From the NCBI GenBank assembly GCA_965224245.1, contig OZ245046.1, positions 1,568,001 through 1,632,000 on the forward strand: a stretch of DNA of 64,000 bases, read 5' to 3'. Below are positions 48,680 through 58,666 of this stretch, piece by piece. Under the pieces are notes generated by a model that made no database searches, was not told where the DNA came from, and worked only from the letters and a program-made list of their open reading frames with translations. The translations under genes were made by a program, and so were the position numbers. The stretch comes from Candidatus Eiseniibacteriota bacterium (GTDB taxonomy: Bacteria > Eisenbacteria > RBG-16-71-46 > CAZAMP01). Positions within the stretch are counted from its first letter, which is position 1, and every line of letters starts with the position of its first letter.

Positions 48680-50095
48680 ATGGCCTCACACCTGGATCGC
48701 TATCACGACACGACGCTCGCCCAGAAGGCGCTGCTCGTCCTGGTCGCCGTGGTGCTGGGTCTCGTCGCGGCCACGCTGGCGCTGACCTTTCAGGTGAAGA
48801 TCGTCATCGGTCTCATCGCCGGGCTGTGTTTCGGTGCCCTAATCCTGTTGAAGCCCCTCGTCGGCATGGTGTTCCTCCTGATCACGATGCCGGTGCTCGA
48901 GATCTTCCCGTCCGACTTCTTCGGGTCGGGGCTCTTGAACCCGACGAACTTGATTCTGGCCACGATCACGGTCTCGGTCACGCTCTATCGGACGTTCGTG
49001 CTGAAGATCGGCATCTCCAGGCGAAGCTGGGTGGCTCCGATCCTCGTGTACGGGATCGTGCTCACGTTCTCGATTGGGTTGAACCTGATCAAGGGAGAGG
49101 CCTCGGTGGCGGCGGTGGCCGGGCTCACGCGAACCTATCTGAACGGGGCGTACCTGTACTTCCTGACCACCAACTGCATCGAGAGCGAGCGGGATGCCCG
49201 TTACATCTTCTACACCGTGCTGTTCACGGTCATCTTCGTGGCGCTGTGGGGGCTGTTCGAGTATCGAAACGACATCCTCGCCGGCATGGCTTCCTCGCGC
49301 GTCCGGATCAGTGGCCGCGTGGGTCAGCCGAACTCGTTCGGGGCGTTTCTGTGCTACTACCTGCCGTTCCTGATCGGCGCGCTCCGCGTCCGGAACGTGC
49401 CCAGGCTCTGGCGGCTCTACGCGCTGGGGGGGACGGTGGCCGTGCTCTTCGCCCTCATGTTCACCCAGTCGCGGGGCGCCTACCTGGGGCTCGTGTGTTC
49501 GCTCGTGTTTCTCGCGGTGGCGGTCAATCGGCGACTGCTCCTGGTGATGCTGGTGGCCGGGCTCCTGCATCCGCTGTGGCTCCCTTCGCAGGTGGTCGAG
49601 CGGATCCAGTACACGTTCGATGGCCAGGGTGCGTACGGCGTGGACAGCTCCTCGGAGTCGCGTATCAAGTTCTACAAGGCGGGCGTCCGGCTCTGGACCG
49701 AGAGTCCGGTCTGGGGTCACGGGTTCGGTGGCTTCTCACGCATGTCGGCCGAGAGAGGAATCACCGAGACGCGCCGCGCCGCACACAGCCTCTACATCCA
49801 GATGCTGGTGGACACGGGGCTGGTGGGGCTGACCGCCATCTTCTACATGTGGGGACATCTCTGGCGCCGGTCGTGGCGCCTGTGGAAGACGGCGACGGAT
49901 CCGTCTCGGAGAATCTTCGGCGAGTGCTTTCTCGCGTGCCTGGTGGCCATCGTGATGGTCAACATCTTCGGCATCCGTTTCTACAATTTCATGGAGATCG
50001 GGTACTTCTGGGCGCTGTGCGCGGTGCTGGTCTTCTACACCGAGCCGGCCCGCGACCGGATTCGTGCCGGGAGCGAGGCGAGGAGAGCCGCGTGA
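48680..50095 (+). CDS. O-antigen ligase / Wzy-like membrane protein
   Basis: More than 10 TM; QPN.FG, TQSRGAY, P.WGHG.G.F, AHSLYIQ.L.DTGLVG. Confidence 0.85.
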   Translation: MASHLDRYHDTTLAQKALLVLVAVVLGLVAATLALTFQVKIVIGLIAGLCFGALILLKPLVGMVFLLITMPVLEIFPSDFFGSGLLNPTNLILATITVSVTLYRTFVLKIGISRRSWVAPILVYGIVLTFSIGLNLIKGEASVAAVAGLTRTYLNGAYLYFLTTNCIESERDARYIFYTVLFTVIFVALWGLFEYRNDILAGMASSRVRISGRVGQPNSFGAFLCYYLPFLIGALRVRNVPRLWRLYALGGTVAVLFALMFTQSRGAYLGLVCSLVFLAVAVNRRLLLVMLVAGLLHPLWLPSQVVERIQYTFDGQGAYGVDSSSESRIKFYKAGVRLWTESPVWGHGFGGFSRMSAERGITETRRAAHSLYIQMLVDTGLVGLTAIFYMWGHLWRRSWRLWKTATDPSRRIFGECFLACLVAIVMVNIFGIRFYNFMEIGYFWALCAVLVFYTEPARDRIRAGSEARRAA

Positions 50096-51354
50096 GAATC
50101 CTCTACCTGGCTCAATTCTTCAATCGTCCCGACGAGGCCGGGGCCGGGCGACACTACGCGTTCGCCAGCGAATGGGTACGCCGGGGGCACGACGTCACCG
50201 TGATCACCGGGCAGCAGAACTACCGCACCGGCGCGACGCGACGCGCGAGCCTGCGCCCGTACGTCGAGACCGTGGACGGCGTCCGGGTCGTTCGGACCTA
50301 CGTGTACACCGGCTACCGGGGCAGCTTCCGCCGCCGGTACCTGAACTTCGCGTCGTTCACCGCCTCGTCGGTGGTGGCGGCGCTCTCGGAGCGCCGCCCC
50401 GACGTGGTCTTCGCATCGTCGCCGCCGTTGACGGTGGGCGTGGCCGGGGAGTGGGTTTCCCGGCTCAGGCGGGTGCCGCTCGTGGCCGACATCCGCGACC
50501 TGTGGCCGGAATCGGCGGTCGCCCTCGGCGTCGTCTCCGATGGTCGCTTCGTGCGCCTCGCGTCCGGGACGGCCCGCCGGGTCTACCGGCGGGCGTCGCG
50601 CGTGGTCGGGGTCACCGGTGGCATCGTCGAGGGCCTGGTGGCCGCGGGGGTGCCGGAGGGCAAGATCGTCAAGATCACCAACGGCGTGGACGTCGGCCTG
50701 TACGAGTCACCGGCGGCGCCGGATTCACTGCGCACGGAGCTGGGACTGGACGATCGCTTTCTATGCGTCTACGTGGGGGGAATGGGCATTCTCCACGACG
50801 TGGGGACGGTCGTCGAGGCTGCGGCGCGGCTCCGGGACGTCCCCGTTCATTTCCTCCTGATCGGACAGGGTGACGACCGCCCACGCCTCGAGGCCCGGCT
50901 GGATCGGGAGGGCATCACGAACGTGACGTTCCGCGATCCGATCCCCAAGGAGCGCGTGCCGGGGGTCATCGCGAGCGCCGATTGCGCGGTCTACTCGCTC
51001 AGGGACGATCCGTTCTTCCGGGGGACCTTTCCCAACAAGAACTTCGACTATCTGGCCGCGGCGTGCCCGGTGGTGCTGGCGGTCGAGGGGGAGTCGGCCG
51101 AGCTCGTCCGCGCCGCGGGGGCGGGATTCGTCACGCCGCCGGGATCGGGAGCGGGGCTCGCCGAGGGGATTCGCCGGATGCTGGCGCTGCGGCCCGCCGA
51201 GCGCCAGCAGATGGGTGAGCGTGGGCGGGCGCACGTTCTGGCCAACTACCGTCGCGTGGATCTGGCGGCGAGGCTCGAGACGATCCTCCAGGACGTCGTG
51301 GGCGATCGCACGGTCGATCCGGGACGCGAGGACGGAAGACGAGGGGTTGCATGA
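50092..51354 (+). CDS. GT4 glycosyltransferase (WbuB-like)
   Basis: RGHDVTVI, SSPPL, IRDLWPES, ITNGVD, PNK.FDYLA. Confidence 0.9.
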   Translation: MRILYLAQFFNRPDEAGAGRHYAFASEWVRRGHDVTVITGQQNYRTGATRRASLRPYVETVDGVRVVRTYVYTGYRGSFRRRYLNFASFTASSVVAALSERRPDVVFASSPPLTVGVAGEWVSRLRRVPLVADIRDLWPESAVALGVVSDGRFVRLASGTARRVYRRASRVVGVTGGIVEGLVAAGVPEGKIVKITNGVDVGLYESPAAPDSLRTELGLDDRFLCVYVGGMGILHDVGTVVEAAARLRDVPVHFLLIGQGDDRPRLEARLDREGITNVTFRDPIPKERVPGVIASADCAVYSLRDDPFFRGTFPNKNFDYLAAACPVVLAVEGESAELVRAAGAGFVTPPGSGAGLAEGIRRMLALRPAERQQMGERGRAHVLANYRRVDLAARLETILQDVVGDRTVDPGREDGRRGVA

Positions 51355-52490
51355 GCATCGATGACCGTACGTTCCAGATCAGCCGTCCGGTGTGTCCCGA
51401 CGTCGACGCCCTCGTGCCCGAGCTCCGCGAGATCCTGGAGTCGGGTCAGCTGACGAACGGTCGCCACGTGCGCCGGCTGGAAGAGGCCGTCTCGGCGTAC
51501 ACGGGGGCCGAGGTGGTCGCGCTGGCGTCGAACACATCGGGCATGATGCTGAGCTGGAGCGCGTTCGACCTGGCCGGCGAGGTGCTGGTCCCGGCGTTCA
51601 CGTTCCCCGCCACCGCGCACGCTCTTCGCTGGAACGGGCTCGAGCCGGTGCTCGTGGATTGCGACCGCGAGACGTTCAACATCGACCCGGACGACGTCGA
51701 GCGGAAGTGCACGTCGCGCACGGTCGGGATCGCGCCGGTGTACATCTTCGGGAATGCGCCGGACTGGGAGCGACTCGGTGCGATCGCGCGCCGCCACGAT
51801 CTTCGGGTGGTCTCGGATGCGGCCCATGCGTTCGGCACGACCATCCACGGTCGACACGCCGGTCACTTCGGGGACGTCGAGATCTTCTCCCTGGCCCCCA
51901 CGAAGATCCTGACCACGGCCGAGGGCGGGCTTGCGATCACGCGTGACGCCGAGCTGGCCGACGTCCTCAGGCGAACGCGGAACTACGGCAATCCCGGCGA
52001 TTACAACTGCCGCGAGCTGGGTCTGAACGCGCGGATGACCGAGGTGCACGCACTTCTCGGGCTGCACGGCCTGGCCGGTCACGAGGCGCAGCTCGAGCAC
52101 CGGCAGCGCCTGGCCGCCCGTTATCGCGAGCTCCTCGGCGACGTGCCGGGCATCGCGTTCCAGTCGATCGGGGCGGGCGTGCGCACAACCTACAACTACT
52201 TCGCGATCGTGGTCGAGCCGGGGGCGTTCGGTCTCACCAACCATGAGCTGAAGGCGTTTTTGGCCGGGCACGGCGTCGAGAGCAAGGTGTACTTCCATCC
52301 GCCCATTCACCGGCAGACGCTGTACGCGTCGCTGGCCGGCGCGGAGGTCCCCAATACCGAGTGGCTGTGCGAGCGGATCCTGTGCATCCCGCTGACCGGT
52401 CACCTCGACGAGGCCGACGTCGAGACCATCGCCGGACTCGTCGTCGATGCGCGGCGGACGGCGCGCTCCCGAGAGGACGCGGTGACGTGA
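51351..52490 (+). CDS. DegT/DnrJ/EryC1/StrS sugar aminotransferase
   Basis: PAFTF.AT, DAAHAFG, FSL.PTK...AEGG, RNYG. Confidence 0.92.
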   Translation: MSIDDRTFQISRPVCPDVDALVPELREILESGQLTNGRHVRRLEEAVSAYTGAEVVALASNTSGMMLSWSAFDLAGEVLVPAFTFPATAHALRWNGLEPVLVDCDRETFNIDPDDVERKCTSRTVGIAPVYIFGNAPDWERLGAIARRHDLRVVSDAAHAFGTTIHGRHAGHFGDVEIFSLAPTKILTTAEGGLAITRDAELADVLRRTRNYGNPGDYNCRELGLNARMTEVHALLGLHGLAGHEAQLEHRQRLAARYRELLGDVPGIAFQSIGAGVRTTYNYFAIVVEPGAFGLTNHELKAFLAGHGVESKVYFHPPIHRQTLYASLAGAEVPNTEWLCERILCIPLTGHLDEADVETIAGLVVDARRTARSREDAVT

Positions 52491-53140
52491 AGCACGAGGG
52501 CCTCTATGCGCGGGCGCTGAAGCCCGCCCTCGATCGTCTGGTCGCGCTCGCGATCGTCGTGATCGGTGCGTTGCCCGGTCTGGCGCTGGCGCTCGCGGTG
52601 CGCCTGGACTCGCGCGGACCGGTCTTCTATCGACAGGTACGTGTGGGGAAGAACGGTCGTGTGTTCCAGATGCTGAAGTTCCGGTCCATGGTGGTGGGAG
52701 CCGAGCACCAGGGGGCGGGCATCCGCGTCGAGAGGAACGACGCCCGGATCACCCGCGTCGGGAGGCTCCTCCGCCGGACGAGCCTCGACGAGCTGCCGCA
52801 GGTCTTCAACATCCTGCGGGGCGAGATGAGCGTCGTCGGACCCCGGCCGGGGCTCGAGTTTCAGGTGGCGAAGTACACGCCGGAGCAGCGCCGCCGCCTG
52901 CTGGTGGCACCGGGCATCACGGGATGGGCCCAGGTGAACGGCCGGAACGCGATTCCGTGGGACGAGCGCATCCGGCGCGACCTCGAGTACGTGGATCGGA
53001 TCTCGCCGGCGCTCGACCTCGAGATCCTCTGGCGGACGATCGGCACCGTCCTGAACCCGCGGGATCAGATCGCGGCCAAGGCGTTCTTCGGCGAGCGGCC
53101 GGGTGACGATCGCCCTACCGCGTCGGGGGACCGCGCATGA
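52487..53140 (+). CDS. PglC-like monotopic phosphoglycosyl transferase
   Basis: [48 protein letters not shown]. Confidence 0.93.
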   Translation: MKHEGLYARALKPALDRLVALAIVVIGALPGLALALAVRLDSRGPVFYRQVRVGKNGRVFQMLKFRSMVVGAEHQGAGIRVERNDARITRVGRLLRRTSLDELPQVFNILRGEMSVVGPRPGLEFQVAKYTPEQRRRLLVAPGITGWAQVNGRNAIPWDERIRRDLEYVDRISPALDLEILWRTIGTVLNPRDQIAAKAFFGERPGDDRPTASGDRA

Positions 53141-54306
53141 GCCCGATCCGGACGATACGTCGGGCCGCGGCGCTCCTGGCCTCATCGGCCGCGCTCGTGG
53201 TGCCGGCCACCGCGGATCCGACCGTGGCCGAGCCGATGCCCGCGGCGCGAGACGTGCAAGTGGATCCGGACTTCGACCCCGGGCACCTGTCGCCGCTGGC
53301 CCGGACGTGGTACGACCGCGTGGTCGAGTCCATCGAGGCCAGCCGCGAGACGATCGAGACGCGCGCCGCGTCCGACGATCTCTACCTCCTGGGCCGGTTC
53401 GTCGGCGACTATCAGGCCGCGCTGGTGGCGGCGCTACGGGCCACCGGAGATCGGCGGTTCCTCGATCGAGTGTACGAGGTGGCCGAGATCGCGCGCGCGA
53501 GCCTCCGGGACGCCTGGGACGACGGCACGACCGACGGTCACCTGAACTGGCGGATGCGGACGGCGGACGCGCCGCCGTACCACGGCAACGACCGGCACCA
53601 GATGGACGAGGCGATGGTGCACGGCAACGTCGCGCTGTGGGCGGCCGTGCTCGACGCGAACCGGGACGTGGACGCCCGCTTCGCGGAGGCGGCCGACTTC
53701 TGGCGCGACTATCTCGAGAACCACTTCCTGGCCAAGTGGCGCGTGCGAGCCGGCGGTGACCGCGTCGCGAGCTGGGACGGACCGCGCGGGTTCTACAAGC
53801 GCTTCGTTCACCCCCGGATCAATCAGCTCCGGGCGGCCCACTACCTCTGGCGCCTCACGGGGGACGGGTTCTACCGGGAGCGGGAGCGGAGCGTCTCGGC
53901 GGACGTGCTGGGTGCGATCGTCGAGAACCCGACGCACCCGGGTGCCGTGCGCTGGAAGCACCAGGTATCCGGCAAGGACGAGGGCTGGCAGAAGCTGAAC
54001 TACGCGCAGTATGCGCTGCGCGTGATGATCGAGCTGTACGAGGAGCAGGTCGACGGCTTCGACGAGTGGCTGATGACGCGTCTCGCGACGACGGTTCGCG
54101 ACGTCGTGTTCGCCGAGGCGGATGAGCACCGGATGACCGCCCGCATCTCGGGCGAGGGCAGCACGGGACTTCGCGTGTTCGCGCTCAGCGCGTACGCGGC
54201 CTGGGATCCCACCGGACGCATCCTCAGGATCGCCGATGCGACCTACAAGCCCGGATCGTACGGCCTGTCCACGGCCGCGTACGCGTTGTGGGCCCTCTGC
54301 CCATGA
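53137..54306 (+). CDS. Exported hypothetical protein, likely helical (alpha/alpha-barrel-like)
   Basis: Signal peptide ..PATA-D; repeated ATGDRRFL / LTGDGFY helix-turn motifs; aromatic-rich. Confidence 0.6.
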   Translation: MSPIRTIRRAAALLASSAALVVPATADPTVAEPMPAARDVQVDPDFDPGHLSPLARTWYDRVVESIEASRETIETRAASDDLYLLGRFVGDYQAALVAALRATGDRRFLDRVYEVAEIARASLRDAWDDGTTDGHLNWRMRTADAPPYHGNDRHQMDEAMVHGNVALWAAVLDANRDVDARFAEAADFWRDYLENHFLAKWRVRAGGDRVASWDGPRGFYKRFVHPRINQLRAAHYLWRLTGDGFYRERERSVSADVLGAIVENPTHPGAVRWKHQVSGKDEGWQKLNYAQYALRVMIELYEEQVDGFDEWLMTRLATTVRDVVFAEADEHRMTARISGEGSTGLRVFALSAYAAWDPTGRILRIADATYKPGSYGLSTAAYALWALCP

Positions 54307-54435
54307 CGCCCACGGTCGCGAGGACGGGACGCGCCGCGCGGCGGCGCCGGAGACGGCGACGACACGCCCTCACGCCCCGTGCGTGGCGGCGATCACTCGA
54401 CGCGCCTCGGCGCGCGTGAAACGAGGAAGGACGAC

Positions 54436-56112
54436 GTGGCAAACCGACCTGACGGCACCGGCGCCCGATCGGCCGAGGTGACCGGCGTACGGCGCATCCA
54501 GATCTACGACACGACGCTGCGCGACGGAACGCAGGGGCTCGGCTTCAACCTCTCGGTCGGCCAGAAGCTCGAGGTGCTCAAGCAGCTCGATCGCATGGGT
54601 GTGGACTACGTCGAGGGAGGCTACCCGCTCTCCAACCCGAAGGACGCGGCGTTCTTCGCCGAGGCTCGCGACGTCCGGCTGAACCGGACGAAGCTCGCCG
54701 CGTTCGGCATGACGCGGCGAAAGGGCGTCTCCGCGGCCGAGGACACCGGAATGCGGGCGCTCGTGGCGGCCGAGACGCCGGTGGTCACCGTGGTCGGCAA
54801 GACCTGGGACTTCCACGTGCGGGAGGTCCTGCGGGTGAGCCTGGACGAGAACCTGGCCATGATCCGCGACTCTCTCGGGTTCCTGGCCGACGCGGGGCGC
54901 GAGGTCATCTACGACGCGGAGCACTTCTTCGACGGCTACCGGGAGAATCCCACCTATGCGCTCGAGACGCTCCGGGCGGCCCTCGACGGACGGGCCACCA
55001 CGCTCGTCCTCTGCGATACGAACGGCGGCACGATGCCGTCGGTGCTCGGGGACATCGTGGGCGAGGTCCGGCGCACGTTCCCCGACGTCGCGATCGGGAT
55101 CCACCCGCACAACGACTCGGCGCTGGCGGTGGCCAACGCGCTCGAGGCGGTGCTCCGGGGCGCCTCTCAGGTGCAGGGCACGATCAACGGCGTCGGCGAG
55201 CGCTGCGGCAACGTCGATCTGATCCCGGTCGTGGCGAACCTGAGCCTGAAGCTCGGGTTCGACGTCCTGGGGGGCGCGCCCGACGTCTCGCGTCTCACCG
55301 AGCTCAGCCGCTTCGTGAACCACATCGCCGATCGGGACCCCGAGCGCAACCAGGCCTACGTCGGCGAGTCCGCGTTCGCGCACAAGGGCGGCATGCACGT
55401 CCACGCCGTTCAGCGCAACGTCGCCACCTACGAGCACGTGCCGCCCGAGTCGGTGGGCAACGAGCGGCGCATTCTGGTCAGTGAGCTGAGTGGCGTCTCG
55501 AACATCCAGGACCGGATCGCGACGCTGATGGGGCGGCGGGAGCTCGATCGCGATACGCTACGGATGATCCTCGATGCGGTCAACCGCCTCGAGAAAGAGG
55601 GGTACGTGTTCGAGGAGGCCGAGGCCAGCTTCGAGCTGCTCGTGCGCCGCCTGATCGGCGAGGAACACCGTCACTTCCGGCTGGATCACTACCAGGCCAG
55701 CGTGTTCAAGATGGAGGGCGCTCACCCGGTCTCGACGGGGCTCGTCCGCGCACGTGTCGACGGCGAGGTCGTCCGGGGCACGTCCGAGGGCGAGGATCCG
55801 CTCTCGGCGCTGGACGGCGCGCTCCGGCGCGCGCTCGAGACGCACTTCCCCGAGCTGGACACGGTCGACTGCATCGATCGGAAGTTCCGCGCGATCGACA
55901 AGCCCGGCACGCGCTCGTGCCCGGTTCGTGTGCTGACCACGTTCGCCTGCGGGACGCGTCACTGGACCACGGTGGCCATCGGGGAGAACGTGATCGATGC
56001 CGGCCTCCAGTGTCTGGTAGAGGGCTTCGAGTGGCATCTCCTTCACGCGAACGAGATGCTGGACGGTGACCTGGCAGGCACGCCGGGCCGTGCGGAAGGG
56101 AGCACCCGGTGA
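54436..56112 (+). CDS. cimA: Citramalate synthase (DRE-TIM, CimA family)
   Basis: YDTTLRDG.QG, EGG.P.SNPKD, GK.WD.HV, DAEHFFDG, CDTNGG, H.HND, GERCGN, AHKGGMH. Confidence 0.88.
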   Translation: MANRPDGTGARSAEVTGVRRIQIYDTTLRDGTQGLGFNLSVGQKLEVLKQLDRMGVDYVEGGYPLSNPKDAAFFAEARDVRLNRTKLAAFGMTRRKGVSAAEDTGMRALVAAETPVVTVVGKTWDFHVREVLRVSLDENLAMIRDSLGFLADAGREVIYDAEHFFDGYRENPTYALETLRAALDGRATTLVLCDTNGGTMPSVLGDIVGEVRRTFPDVAIGIHPHNDSALAVANALEAVLRGASQVQGTINGVGERCGNVDLIPVVANLSLKLGFDVLGGAPDVSRLTELSRFVNHIADRDPERNQAYVGESAFAHKGGMHVHAVQRNVATYEHVPPESVGNERRILVSELSGVSNIQDRIATLMGRRELDRDTLRMILDAVNRLEKEGYVFEEAEASFELLVRRLIGEEHRHFRLDHYQASVFKMEGAHPVSTGLVRARVDGEVVRGTSEGEDPLSALDGALRRALETHFPELDTVDCIDRKFRAIDKPGTRSCPVRVLTTFACGTRHWTTVAIGENVIDAGLQCLVEGFEWHLLHANEMLDGDLAGTPGRAEGSTR

Positions 56113-56756
56113 AGTTCCTCATGATCGGGGCCGGACAGACCGGCCGGCTCCTGGCCGAGATCGTTCACCGGATCCCCGGGCTCGAGTGTGTCGGCATGCT
56201 CGACCGGGATCCGGCGCTGCACGGACAGTCGTTCTACGGCGTCTCCGTGCTGGGCGGGGAGGAGCTCCTGGAGGCGCACGTGGGCAAGGTGGAGGGGGCG
56301 CTGCCGGTCGTGGGCGACCTGACGGCCCGTCTTCGCCTGTTTAGACGGGTGCAGGCCATGGGGTATCGCGTGCCGACGATCATCGAGCCCTCGGTGGTGG
56401 CCGCCTCGGACGTGCAGTACGGCGCGGGCGTCTTCATCTCGATGAACACGGCGATCCTGACCAACGTCCGCATCGGCGACTACGGGTTCATCGGAACCGG
56501 TGTCAACGTGCTCCACGACACGACGATCGGCTCGAACTGCGTCGTCGGCGGCGGCACGGTCATCGGGGCGTCGGTCACGGTGGGCAACAACGTGGCATTC
56601 GGGACCGGCGTCACGGTGGCCTCGGGTCACAAGCGAATCGGCGACAACGCGAACGTCGCCGCCGGCTCGGTCATTCTGAAGGACGTGCCCGACAACGCGT
56701 TCGTGCTCGGCAACCCGGCGCGCGTGATCGGCTTCAACCCGTCCGTGGAGCTGTAG
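56109..56756 (+). CDS. PglD/NeuD-family sugar acyltransferase (left-handed beta-helix)
   Basis: IGAG..G Rossmann-like N-terminus, hexapeptide repeats with VLHD, GSV..KDVP....GNPAR. Confidence 0.88.
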   Translation: MKFLMIGAGQTGRLLAEIVHRIPGLECVGMLDRDPALHGQSFYGVSVLGGEELLEAHVGKVEGALPVVGDLTARLRLFRRVQAMGYRVPTIIEPSVVAASDVQYGAGVFISMNTAILTNVRIGDYGFIGTGVNVLHDTTIGSNCVVGGGTVIGASVTVGNNVAFGTGVTVASGHKRIGDNANVAAGSVILKDVPDNAFVLGNPARVIGFNPSVEL

Positions 56757-56765
56757 GAGGACGCC

Positions 56766-58256
56766 GTGAGCTCGATCTTTCAGGACATCCTCGGTCGCAC
56801 CGACGGGCTCGATCGCCCGGCGTTCCACGGCGACCGTGCGTTCACCCACGGGGCGTTCCTCGACCACGTGGCGCGCTTCGTCGGCGCGTTCGAGCGGGCC
56901 GCCATCACGCCGGGCGATCGCGTCGCGCTGTGCGTGGATCAAGGGGCCGACTACGCGGCCGCGCTGGTGGCGCTGCGCCGCGTGGGCGCGGTCGCGGTGC
57001 TGATGGCCCCCGACTGGACGGATGCCGAGAAGGACCGCGTGGCCGACGTGGCCGAGGTCCGCTTCGCGGTGGCCGACATGCCGCTTCTGGGCACACGCGC
57101 CGTCGCGTCGGCCGAGAACGTGAGCGGCGACGCGACGCTCCTCGCGTTCGACGTCGTGCCGACCGAGCCGAGCGGTCCCGACGACGCGGTGCTGATCTTC
57201 ACGTCCGGTACGACCGGGGCTCCGAAGGGCGTGATTCTGACCGAGTCGTGCATCTCGGCCAACGTGCGAGCCGTGTCGCGCTACCTGTCGCTGGGTCCCG
57301 CCGACGGCTCACCGGTGTTCACTCCGCCGTGCTACGCCTACTCGCTCTCGCTGAACCTGACCCATCTATGGTCGGGCGCGGCCATGCTGCCGGTGCCGGC
57401 GGGGCTGATGTTCCCGATCGAGATCCTTCAGGGCATCGCGCAGCATCGGTTGACCGGCGTCTCCGCCACGCCGACCGCGTTCCGGCTCCTGGCCCAGGTC
57501 GACCCGGACGCACCGGTGGATCTCACCTCGGTGCGCTACGTGATGACCGGCGGACAGTTCCTCGATCTCCGCCTCGTGCGGACACTGGGCGAGCTGTTCC
57601 CGAAGGCCGACGTCGTGAACATGTACGGGTGCTCGGAGAACTCGCCCCGCATCAGCTATCTCGTCGTGGACGGCCAGCACGGGCTGGACGACGCGGGCTA
57701 CTACGCGGTGGGCCGCGCCGTCGACGGCACGCGGATCGAGATCCTCGACGGCGAGGGCCGTCCGGTGGCGCCGGGCACGACCGGCGAGGTGGTGATCTCG
57801 GGGACGAGCCTGATGCGCGGGTACTGGCGGGATCCGGAGAGCACCGCCGAGCGCCTCGTGGACGGGCGGTTCCACACGCGTGACCTCGGATATCTGGACG
57901 CCGAGGGGCTGTTGCACCTGACCGGCCGCGCCACCAGCATCATCAACATCGGCAACGAGAAGGTGTCGCCCGAGGAGGTCGAGAAGGTGCTGGCCGGGGT
58001 CGAGGGTGTCCGCGAGGCGGCCGTCTACGGCGCGCCCGATCCGATGCTGGGCGAGAGCGTGCACGCCCTAGTGGTGCTGGAGCCCGGGGCACGGGTGCAG
58101 GTGACCGACCTCCAGCGTCACTGCCGTCGCGTGGTGTCCGGGTACAAGGTGCCCAGACGGATCGACATCGTGGCCACGCTTCCGCGCACGTTGTACGGCA
58201 AGATCGATCGCACGCGTCTGACCGAGATGGCTCGCGAGAACGCGACCATCGGCTGA
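56766..58256 (+). CDS. Class I adenylate-forming enzyme (acyl-CoA/acyl-ACP ligase)
   Basis: FTSGTTG.PKGV, YGCSE, FHTRDLG, KVSPEEVE, YKVP, LPRT.YGKI. Confidence 0.9.
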   Translation: MSSIFQDILGRTDGLDRPAFHGDRAFTHGAFLDHVARFVGAFERAAITPGDRVALCVDQGADYAAALVALRRVGAVAVLMAPDWTDAEKDRVADVAEVRFAVADMPLLGTRAVASAENVSGDATLLAFDVVPTEPSGPDDAVLIFTSGTTGAPKGVILTESCISANVRAVSRYLSLGPADGSPVFTPPCYAYSLSLNLTHLWSGAAMLPVPAGLMFPIEILQGIAQHRLTGVSATPTAFRLLAQVDPDAPVDLTSVRYVMTGGQFLDLRLVRTLGELFPKADVVNMYGCSENSPRISYLVVDGQHGLDDAGYYAVGRAVDGTRIEILDGEGRPVAPGTTGEVVISGTSLMRGYWRDPESTAERLVDGRFHTRDLGYLDAEGLLHLTGRATSIINIGNEKVSPEEVEKVLAGVEGVREAAVYGAPDPMLGESVHALVVLEPGARVQVTDLQRHCRRVVSGYKVPRRIDIVATLPRTLYGKIDRTRLTEMARENATIG

Positions 58257-58314
58257 CGTCGGGCTCGGGAAACGGCTCTCGGCGTCCCGCCGCCGGGCGG
58301 GAGGAGGTTCCACG

Positions 58315-58557
58315 GTGAGTGTTCGCGACGACGTCCTTGGGTATCTGAAGCGCATCAACCCGACCGTCATCGAGCGGATGCCCGAGCCCGAGGGCCTCAA
58401 GCTCCGGCGGGTGCTGGACTCGCTCGACATGATGGACTTCATCACGCATCTCGAGCAGAGCTACTCGATCAAGGTAACCGACGAGGACGTCCTGACGCGG
58501 AACTTCGAGACGGTGGGGTCCGTGATCCAGTTCGTGGAGTCGAAGACGACCTCGTGA
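58315..58557 (+). CDS. Acyl carrier protein
   Basis: 80 aa, LDSLDMM..I..LE..Y.I...DEDV...NF.TV; GGAGGAGG RBS. Confidence 0.88.
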   Translation: MSVRDDVLGYLKRINPTVIERMPEPEGLKLRRVLDSLDMMDFITHLEQSYSIKVTDEDVLTRNFETVGSVIQFVESKTTS

Positions 58558-58666
58558 TCGTTCGAGGCCCCGACCTCGACCCGCGGCTCCGAGGCGGGCT
58601 CCGTCCCGTAGCGGAACGCCCCTCCGCCGGATGACGAAGGGGCGTCTTGCGGACGGTGCGGTCGAG

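Noticed and set aside
56766-58557. NRPS/PKS gene cluster
   Set aside because: Only a free adenylation enzyme and ACP; no condensation, active KS or thioesterase domains
58616-58645. Hairpin ACGCCCCT...AGGGGCGT between convergent ACP and S41 genes
   Set aside because: Plausible terminator, but an 8-bp stem with long loop and no U-tract is too weak to call
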